Below are positions 54,491 through 64,000 of a DNA stretch of 64,000 bases, one piece after another. Numbering within the stretch: position 1 is the first letter of the stretch; each line of letters opens with the position of its first letter. Source of the stretch: Escherichia coli (lineage in GTDB: Bacteria > Pseudomonadota > Gammaproteobacteria > Enterobacterales > Enterobacteriaceae); assembly GCF_050920415.1 (NCBI RefSeq), contig NZ_CP169309.1; one strand, 5' to 3'. The notes under the pieces are model-generated. The model worked only from the letters and a program-made list of their open reading frames with translations. It made no database searches and was not told where the DNA came from. The translations under genes were made by a program, and so were the position numbers.

Positions 54491-55966
54491 ATGGCGGTAA
54501 CGCAAACAGCCCAGGCCTGTGACCTGGTCATTTTCGGCGCGAAAGGCGACCTTGCGCGTCGTAAATTGCTGCCTTCCCTGTATCAACTGGAAAAAGCCGG
54601 TCAGCTCAACCCGGACACCCGGATTATCGGCGTAGGGCGTGCTGACTGGGATAAAGCGGCATATACCAAAGTTGTCCGCGAGGCACTCGAAACTTTCATG
54701 AAAGAAACCATTGATGAAGGTTTATGGGACACCCTGAGTGCACGTCTGGATTTTTGTAATCTCGATGTCAATGACACAGCTGCATTCAGCCGTCTCGGCG
54801 CGATGCTGGATCAAAAAAATCGTATCACCATTAACTACTTTGCCATGCCGCCCAGCACTTTTGGTGCAATCTGCAAAGGGCTTGGCGAGGCAAAACTGAA
54901 TGCTAAACCGGCACGCGTAGTTATGGAGAAACCGCTGGGGACGTCGCTGGCGACCTCGCGGGAAATCAACGATCAAGTTGGTGAATATTTTGAGGAGTGC
55001 CAGGTATACCGTATCGACCATTACCTTGGTAAAGAAACGGTGCTGAACCTGTTGGCGCTGCGTTTTGCTAACTCTCTATTTGTGAACAACTGGGATAATC
55101 GCACCATTGACCATGTTGAGATTACCGTGGCAGAAGAAGTGGGGATCGAAGGTCGCTGGGGCTATTTTGATAAAGCCGGTCAGATGCGCGACATGATCCA
55201 GAATCACCTGCTACAAATTCTCTGCATGATTGCGATGTCTCCACCGTCTGATCTGAGTGCAGACAGTATCCGCGATGAAAAAGTGAAAGTACTGAAGTCT
55301 CTGCGCCGCATCGATCGCTCCAACGTACGCGAAAAAACCGTCCGTGGGCAATACACAGCGGGCTTCGCCCAGGGCAAAAAAGTTCCGGGCTACCTGGAAG
55401 AAGAGGGCGCGAACAAGAGCAGCAATACAGAAACCTTCGTGGCGATCCGCGTCGATATCGACAACTGGCGCTGGGCCGGTGTGCCATTCTACCTGCGTAC
55501 TGGTAAACGCCTGCCGACCAAATGCTCTGAAGTTGTGGTCTATTTCAAAACACCTGAACTGAATCTGTTCAAAGAGTCGTGGCAGGATTTGCCTCAGAAT
55601 AAACTGACTATCCGTCTACAACCTGATGAAGGCGTGGATATCCAGGTACTGAATAAAGTTCCTGGCCTTGACCACAAACATAACCTGCAAATCACCAAGC
55701 TGGACTTGAGCTATTCAGAAACCTTTAATCAGACGCATTTAGCAGATGCCTATGAACGTCTGCTGCTGGAAACCATGCGTGGTATTCAGGCACTGTTTGT
55801 ACGTCGTGATGAAGTAGAAGAAGCCTGGAAATGGGTGGACTCCATTACTGAGGCGTGGGCGATGGACAATGATGCGCCGAAACCCTATCAGGCCGGAACC
55901 TGGGGACCGGTTGCCTCGGTGGCGATGATTACTCGTGATGGCCGTTCCTGGAATGAGTTTGAGTAA
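54491..55966 (+). CDS. zwf: Glucose-6-phosphate 1-dehydrogenase
   Basis: G6PD signature RIDHYLGKE; 491 aa. Confidence 0.95.
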   Translation: MAVTQTAQACDLVIFGAKGDLARRKLLPSLYQLEKAGQLNPDTRIIGVGRADWDKAAYTKVVREALETFMKETIDEGLWDTLSARLDFCNLDVNDTAAFSRLGAMLDQKNRITINYFAMPPSTFGAICKGLGEAKLNAKPARVVMEKPLGTSLATSREINDQVGEYFEECQVYRIDHYLGKETVLNLLALRFANSLFVNNWDNRTIDHVEITVAEEVGIEGRWGYFDKAGQMRDMIQNHLLQILCMIAMSPPSDLSADSIRDEKVKVLKSLRRIDRSNVREKTVRGQYTAGFAQGKKVPGYLEEEGANKSSNTETFVAIRVDIDNWRWAGVPFYLRTGKRLPTKCSEVVVYFKTPELNLFKESWQDLPQNKLTIRLQPDEGVDIQVLNKVPGLDHKHNLQITKLDLSYSETFNQTHLADAYERLLLETMRGIQALFVRRDEVEEAWKWVDSITEAWAMDNDAPKPYQAGTWGPVASVAMITRDGRSWNEFE

Positions 55967-56200
55967 TATCTGCACTCATCCTTTATGGTTATTTTACCGG
56001 TAACATGATCTTGCACAGATTGTAGAACAATTTTTACACTTTCAGGCCTCGTGTGGATTCACCCACGAGGCTTTTTTTATTACACTGACTGAAACGTTTT
56101 TGCCCTATGAGCTCCGGTTACAGGCGTTTCAGTCATAAATCCTCTGAATGAAACGCGTTGTGAATCATCCTGCTCTGACAACTCAATTTCAGGAGCCTTT

Positions 56201-58012
56201 ATGAATCCACAATTGTTACGCGTAACAAATCGAATCATTGAACGTTCGCGCGAGACTCGCTCTGCTTACCTCGCCCGGATAGAACAAGCGAAAACTTCGA
56301 CCGTTCATCGTTCGCAGTTGGCATGTGGTAACCTGGCACACGGTTTCGCTGCCTGCCAGCCAGAAGACAAAGCCTCTTTGAAAAGCATGTTGCGTAACAA
56401 TATCGCCATCATCACTTCCTATAACGACATGCTCTCCGCACACCAGCCTTATGAACACTATCCAGAAATCATTCGTAAAGCCCTGCATGAAGCGAATGCG
56501 GTTGGTCAGGTTGCGGGCGGTGTTCCGGCGATGTGTGATGGTGTCACCCAGGGGCAGGATGGAATGGAATTGTCGCTGTTAAGCCGCGAAGTGATTGCGA
56601 TGTCTGCGGCGGTGGGGCTGTCCCATAACATGTTTGATGGTGCGCTGTTCCTCGGTGTGTGCGACAAGATTGTTCCGGGTCTGACGATGGCAGCCCTGTC
56701 GTTTGGGCATTTGCCTGCGGTGTTTGTGCCGTCAGGTCCGATGGCAAGCGGTTTGCCAAATAAAGAAAAAGTGCGTATTCGCCAGCTTTATGCTGAAGGT
56801 AAAGTGGACCGCATGGCGCTGCTGGAGTCAGAAGCTGCGTCTTATCATGCTCCAGGGACATGTACTTTCTACGGTACCGCCAATACGAATCAGATGGTGG
56901 TGGAGTTTATGGGGATGCAGTTGCCGGGCTCTTCTTTTGTTCATCCGGACTCCCCGCTGCGCGATGCTTTGACCGCTGCAGCTGCGCGCCAGGTTACACG
57001 CATGACCGGCAATGGTAATGAATGGATGCCGATCGGTAAGATGATCGATGAGAAAGTGGTGGTGAACGGTATTGTTGCACTGCTGGCGACCGGTGGTTCC
57101 ACTAACCACACCATGCACCTGGTGGCGATGGCGCGCGCGGCTGGTATTCAGATTAACTGGGATGACTTCTCTGACCTTTCTGATGTTGTACCGCTGATGG
57201 CACGTCTCTACCCGAACGGTCCGGCCGATATTAACCACTTCCAGGCGGCAGGTGGCGTACCGGTTCTGGTGCGTGAACTGCTCAAAGCAGGCCTGCTGCA
57301 TGAAGATGTCAATACGGTGGCAGGCTTTGGTCTGTCTCGTTATACCCTTGAACCATGGCTGAATAATGGTGAACTGGACTGGCGGGAAGGGGCGGAAAAA
57401 TCACTCGACAGCAATGTGATCGCTTCCTTCGAACAACCTTTCTCTCATCATGGTGGGACAAAAGTGTTAAGCGGTAACCTGGGCCGCGCGGTTATGAAAA
57501 CCTCTGCCGTGCCGGTTGAGAACCAGGTGATTGAAGCGCCTGCGGTTGTTTTTGAAAGCCAGCATGACGTTATGCCGGCCTTTGAAGCGGGTTTGCTGGA
57601 CCGTGATTGTGTCGTTGTTGTCCGTCATCAGGGGCCAAAAGCGAACGGAATGCCAGAATTACATAAACTCATGCCGCCACTTGGTGTATTATTGGACCGG
57701 TGTTTCAAAATTGCGTTAGTTACCGATGGACGACTCTCCGGCGCTTCAGGTAAAGTGCCGTCAGCTATCCACGTAACACCAGAAGCCTACGATGGCGGGC
57801 TGCTGGCAAAAGTGCGCGACGGGGACATCATTCGTGTGAATGGACAGACAGGCGAACTGACGCTGCTGGTAGACGAAGCGGAACTGGCTGCTCGCGAACC
57901 ACACATTCCTGACCTGAGCGCGTCACGCGTGGGAACAGGACGTGAATTATTCAGCGCCTTGCGCGAAAAACTGTCCGGTGCCGAACAGGGCGCAACCTGT
58001 ATCACTTTTTAA
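56201..58012 (+). CDS. edd: Phosphogluconate dehydratase (Entner-Doudoroff)
   Basis: 603 aa IlvD/Edd family; followed by eda. Confidence 0.95.
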   Translation: MNPQLLRVTNRIIERSRETRSAYLARIEQAKTSTVHRSQLACGNLAHGFAACQPEDKASLKSMLRNNIAIITSYNDMLSAHQPYEHYPEIIRKALHEANAVGQVAGGVPAMCDGVTQGQDGMELSLLSREVIAMSAAVGLSHNMFDGALFLGVCDKIVPGLTMAALSFGHLPAVFVPSGPMASGLPNKEKVRIRQLYAEGKVDRMALLESEAASYHAPGTCTFYGTANTNQMVVEFMGMQLPGSSFVHPDSPLRDALTAAAARQVTRMTGNGNEWMPIGKMIDEKVVVNGIVALLATGGSTNHTMHLVAMARAAGIQINWDDFSDLSDVVPLMARLYPNGPADINHFQAAGGVPVLVRELLKAGLLHEDVNTVAGFGLSRYTLEPWLNNGELDWREGAEKSLDSNVIASFEQPFSHHGGTKVLSGNLGRAVMKTSAVPVENQVIEAPAVVFESQHDVMPAFEAGLLDRDCVVVVRHQGPKANGMPELHKLMPPLGVLLDRCFKIALVTDGRLSGASGKVPSAIHVTPEAYDGGLLAKVRDGDIIRVNGQTGELTLLVDEAELAAREPHIPDLSASRVGTGRELFSALREKLSGAEQGATCITF

Positions 58013-58048
58013 GACGACAAATTTGTAATCAGGCGAGAGAAAACTCTG

Positions 58049-58690
58049 ATGAAAAACTGGAAAACAAGTGCAGAATCAATCCTCACCACCGGCCCGGTTG
58101 TACCGGTTATCGTGGTAAAAAAACTGGAACACGCGGTGCCGATGGCAAAAGCGTTGGTTTCTGGTGGGGTGCGCGTTCTGGAAGTGACTCTGCGTACCGA
58201 GTGTGCAGTTGACGCTATCCGTGCTATCGCCAAAGAAGTGCCTGAAGCGATTGTGGGTGCCGGTACGGTGCTGAATCCACAGCAGCTTGCAGAAGTCACC
58301 GAAGCGGGTGCACAGTTCGCAATTAGCCCGGGTCTTACCGAGCCGCTGCTGAAAGCTGCTACCGAAGGGACTATTCCTCTGATTCCGGGGATCAGCACTG
58401 TTTCCGAACTGATGCTGGGTATGGACTACGGTTTGAAAGAGTTCAAATTCTTCCCGGCTGAAGCTAACGGCGGCGTGAAAGCCCTGCAGGCGATCGCGGG
58501 TCCGTTCTCCCAGGTCCGTTTCTGCCCGACAGGTGGTATTTCTCCGGCTAACTACCGTGACTACCTGGCGCTGAAAAGCGTGCTCTGCATCGGTGGTTCC
58601 TGGCTGGTTCCGGCAGATGCGCTGGAAGCGGGCGATTACGACCGCATTACTAAGCTGGCGCGTGAAGCTGTAGAAGGCGCTAAGCTATAA
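58049..58690 (+). CDS. eda: KDPG/KHG aldolase
   Basis: 213 aa; edd-eda operon. Confidence 0.95.
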   Translation: MKNWKTSAESILTTGPVVPVIVVKKLEHAVPMAKALVSGGVRVLEVTLRTECAVDAIRAIAKEVPEAIVGAGTVLNPQQLAEVTEAGAQFAISPGLTEPLLKAATEGTIPLIPGISTVSELMLGMDYGLKEFKFFPAEANGGVKALQAIAGPFSQVRFCPTGGISPANYRDYLALKSVLCIGGSWLVPADALEAGDYDRITKLAREAVEGAKL

Positions 58691-58695
58691 AAGTC

Positions 58696-58726
58696 AAAAT
58701 GCCCGATCGTGAATCGGGCATTTTTG
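58696..58726. terminator. Bidirectional terminator between eda and purT
   Basis: ATGCCCGAT-cgtga-ATCGGGCAT flanked by A-run and T-run. Confidence 0.7.
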
Positions 58727-58744
58727 TAGCGTTTTTCGCCGGGG

Positions 58745-59923
58745 TTAAGCTTGTACTTTTACCTGTGCTGCGGCGTGCTTTGCGCGCTCAATCGCTTCAT
58801 CAACACTCTCAGCGGTCGCCAGCGCTACACCCAGACGACGGCTGCCATCAATTTCCGGCTTACCAAATAAACGAATCTGCAAACCTGCCCCTACGGCATT
58901 CTGCACATTATCAAACGTGACATTCTGACTGGTCAGTTGTGGCAGGATAACGGCAGAAGCTGCAGGGCCATACTGGCGGATCCCGCCAACCGGAAGTCCG
59001 AGGAAAGCACGCACATGCAGGGCAAATTCCGAGAGATCCTGAGAAATTAACGTCACCATCCCGGTGTCATGCGGGCGAGGGGAGACCTCACTGAAAATCA
59101 CCTCATCACCACAGACAAACAGCTCGACACCAAACAGACCATAACCGCCCAGTGCCAGTACTACTTTGCGGGCAATCTCCTGCGCACGTTTCAGAGCCAG
59201 CTGACTCATTTGCTGCGGTTGCCAGGATTCACGATAGTCGCCATCTTCCTGGCGATGACCTACCGGTGCACAGAAATGGACGCCATCCACTGCGCTGACG
59301 GTTAGCAGGGTAATTTCGAAGTCAAACTTAACGACGCCTTCAACAATCACGCGGCCCGCTCCGGCGCGTCCACCTTGCTGAGCGTATTCCCACGCATGTG
59401 TAAGCTGCTCGGCGGAACGAATAAACGTCTGCCCTTTGCCGGAAGAGCTCATTACCGGTTTAACTATGCAGGGATAGCCAATAGCGGCAACTGCTTCGCG
59501 GAAAAGACTTTCACTATCGGCAAAACGATAAGTTGAAGTGGGTAGCTGCAGTTCTTCTGCCGCCAGGCGACGGATACCCTCGCGATTCATCGTTAATTTC
59601 GTTGCGCGAGCGCAGGGGACAACATTCCGTCCTTCCTTTTCAAGCTGGATCAGCATATCGGTGGCAATAGCTTCGATCTCCGGCACGATATAATGTGGTT
59701 TTTCCAGTTCAACCACACGGCGTAATGCATCACCATCAAGCATATTAATGACATGGGAGCGATGCGCGACATGCATGGCTGGTGCGTCGGCATAGCGATC
59801 GACGGCAATCACCTCGACACCGAGACGCTGACACTCGATGGCCACTTCTTTACCCAGTTCACCGGAGCCTAATAACATCACGCGAGTTGCTGCCGGACGC
59901 AGCGCAGTGCCTAATAACGTCAT
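58745..59923 (-). CDS. purT: Phosphoribosylglycinamide formyltransferase 2 (ATP-grasp)
   Basis: 392 aa; N-terminus [27 protein letters not shown]. Confidence 0.95.
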   Translation of the reverse strand: MTLLGTALRPAATRVMLLGSGELGKEVAIECQRLGVEVIAVDRYADAPAMHVAHRSHVINMLDGDALRRVVELEKPHYIVPEIEAIATDMLIQLEKEGRNVVPCARATKLTMNREGIRRLAAEELQLPTSTYRFADSESLFREAVAAIGYPCIVKPVMSSSGKGQTFIRSAEQLTHAWEYAQQGGRAGAGRVIVEGVVKFDFEITLLTVSAVDGVHFCAPVGHRQEDGDYRESWQPQQMSQLALKRAQEIARKVVLALGGYGLFGVELFVCGDEVIFSEVSPRPHDTGMVTLISQDLSEFALHVRAFLGLPVGGIRQYGPAASAVILPQLTSQNVTFDNVQNAVGAGLQIRLFGKPEIDGSRRLGVALATAESVDEAIERAKHAAAQVKVQA

Positions 59924-60019
59924 AACGAATATCCCCTGATTAATTCCGCGCGCAGTATAAACGAAAACGTTTGCGCGTGTCTTTATTGTTGATGTTGATT
60001 TCCCAATCGAGAAGAAATA

Positions 60020-60039
60020 TACTGTATAAAATCACAGTT
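60020..60039. promoter_or_regulatory. LexA box upstream of yebG
   Basis: TACTGTATAAAATCACAGTT (CTGT-N8-ACAG) 20-35 bp upstream of the start. Confidence 0.7.
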
Positions 60040-60056
60040 ATTATGAGAGGCTGCAA

Positions 60057-60347
60057 ATGGCGGTTGAAGTTAAATACGTAGTCATTCGTGAGGGCGAAGA
60101 GAAAATGTCGTTTACCAGCAAAAAGGAAGCCGATGCTTATGACAAAATGCTTGATACGGCGGATCTGCTTGACACCTGGCTGACAAATTCTCCAGTGCAA
60201 ATGGAAGACGAGCAACGTGAAGCCCTTTCGCTATGGCTGGCAGAACAAAAAGATGTGCTGAGCACCATTCTGAAAACCGGCAAATTACCGTCCCCACAGG
60301 TCGTCGGTGCTGAATCCGAAGAGGAAGATACCTCACACGCGGCCTAA
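60057..60347 (+). CDS. yebG: DNA damage-inducible protein YebG
   Basis: 96 aa, MAVEVKYVVIREGEEKMSFTSKKEADAYDKML. Confidence 0.9.
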   Translation: MAVEVKYVVIREGEEKMSFTSKKEADAYDKMLDTADLLDTWLTNSPVQMEDEQREALSLWLAEQKDVLSTILKTGKLPSPQVVGAESEEEDTSHAA

Positions 60348-60365
60348 AGCAACTTGCGCTCCTGA

Positions 60366-60770
<405 letters not shown>

Positions 60771-61096
60771 TGGCCTCTGATAATTCGATTGACCGTCGGC
60801 GGATGCGGCGCGAGTGCCTGGTCCGCCCTACAAGGCACCTCAATCGTAGGCCTGGGAAGACGCAACAGCGTCGCATCGGGCAATCAGCATCAAACAATGC
60901 CACTCAAAACGTCAAATTACGTTCACCTAAAATACCCTTATCACCTGATATACAGTGAACACCTTACCTGGCGCGAATTTCTTTGAATAACGGCCTGCCG
61001 ACCCGCTTATTTGCGCATCTTTTGTCTCGATATACATTTTCTGACATCCTCATCCGCTATGCTACAGGCACTAAAAATGGTTATTGAGGAGCAAAT

Positions 61097-61756
61097 ATGG
61101 CTAACTGGTTAAATCAACTGCAATCCCTGCTTGGGCAAAGCAGTTCTTCTACCTCCTCGTCTGCGGATCAGGGATTGGGCAAACTTTTAGTGCCTGGCGC
61201 ATTAGGCGGACTGGCTGGGCTGCTGGTCGCAAATAAATCAGCACGTAAACTTCTTACGAAATATGGCACCAACGCGTTGCTGCTTGGCGGCGGAGCGGTA
61301 GCGGGTACGGTGCTGTGGAATAAATACAAAGATAAAATTCGCGCGGCGCATCAGGACGAACCGCAGTTTGGCGCGCAAAGTACGCCGCTGGATGAGCGTA
61401 CGGCACGTTTGATCCTTGCGCTGGTCTTTGCCGCTAAAAGTGATGGTCATATTGATGCCAAAGAACGTGCGGCAATCGACCAGCAATTGCGTGAAGCCGG
61501 CGTGGAAGAGCAGGGGCGTGTACTCATTGAGCAGGCAATAGAACAACCGCTGGATCCACAACGCCTGGCTACCGGGGTTCGTAATGAAGAAGAGGCGCTG
61601 GAAATCTATTTCCTGAGCTGCGCGGCTATTGATATTGACCATTTTATGGAACGCAGTTACCTGAATGCCCTGGGTGACGCGCTGAAAATCCCCCAGGATG
61701 TTCGTGAAGGTATTGAACGCGATCTCGAACAGCAAAAACGTACTTTGGCGGAATAA
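61097..61756 (+). CDS. yebE: Inner membrane protein YebE (DUF533)
   Basis: 219 aa, [18 protein letters not shown]... with one TM segment. Confidence 0.85.
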   Translation: MANWLNQLQSLLGQSSSSTSSSADQGLGKLLVPGALGGLAGLLVANKSARKLLTKYGTNALLLGGGAVAGTVLWNKYKDKIRAAHQDEPQFGAQSTPLDERTARLILALVFAAKSDGHIDAKERAAIDQQLREAGVEEQGRVLIEQAIEQPLDPQRLATGVRNEEEALEIYFLSCAAIDIDHFMERSYLNALGDALKIPQDVREGIERDLEQQKRTLAE

Positions 61757-61937
61757 TTCCGCTCTCTGGATAGCCTGAAGTTGACTATTTCGGGCTATCC
61801 AGAACCGCACAGCCATTTGAGCAGGCTGATTTTCTCTGTCTGCATAACATTCGATATCCGCGCCATTACCTGTCATCATCTAAGCAATGACTCCCCTGTT
61901 TCGCTTGCATCCCCGGTGAGTTTTGCCACCCTTATAA

Positions 61938-64000
<2,063 letters not shown>

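Overview
The window holds the right-hand ~36.8 kb of a lambdoid prophage followed by ~27 kb of E. coli core chromosome. All calls are from reading the sequence and the supplied ORF track; no database search was run, and family names come from recalled motifs.

Prophage (1 to ~36800), in order: accessory genes left of cI, CI-like repressor, Cro-like regulator, antirepressor, Lar-family gene, two tandem Rha-family paralogs, O-like/DnaC-like/DnaB-like replication module, Q-like antiterminator, an opposite-strand cargo gene, a 1.2-kb non-coding tract, phage-21-type lysis cassette (pinholin, SAR endolysin, Rz/Rz1), HNH-TerS-TerL, HK97-like head, lambda-like tail (G/GT, tape measure, M-L-K-I-J), Lom and side tail fibre. 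The prophage ends beside yecD; its left end and integrase lie outside the window.

Chromosome (36821 to 64000): yecD, aspS, nudB, yebC, ruvC, yebB, a 3-gene AT-rich islet, ruvAB, an IS621-like element inside a REP sequence, znuBC/znuA, mepM, lpxM, pykA, hexR, zwf-edd-eda, purT, yebG, yebF, yebE and 5' ptrB.

Best candidates for an undescribed system, all unassigned by homology:
1. A 395-aa DUF4236-like protein in the Q-to-lysis cargo slot (10476..11663, minus strand) with an operator-like palindrome upstream.
2. A module just past the cI terminator: an HTH protein, a translationally coupled 80-aa ORF, and a standalone paralog of the HTH protein's N-terminal domain.
3. The AT-rich 3-gene islet between yebB and ruvA (secreted, small acidic and membrane proteins).

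Also notable: the IS621-like element has ends and flanks matching what I recall of IS621 and a ~190-nt non-coding left end where its bridge RNA would lie, but its recombinase frame is broken.
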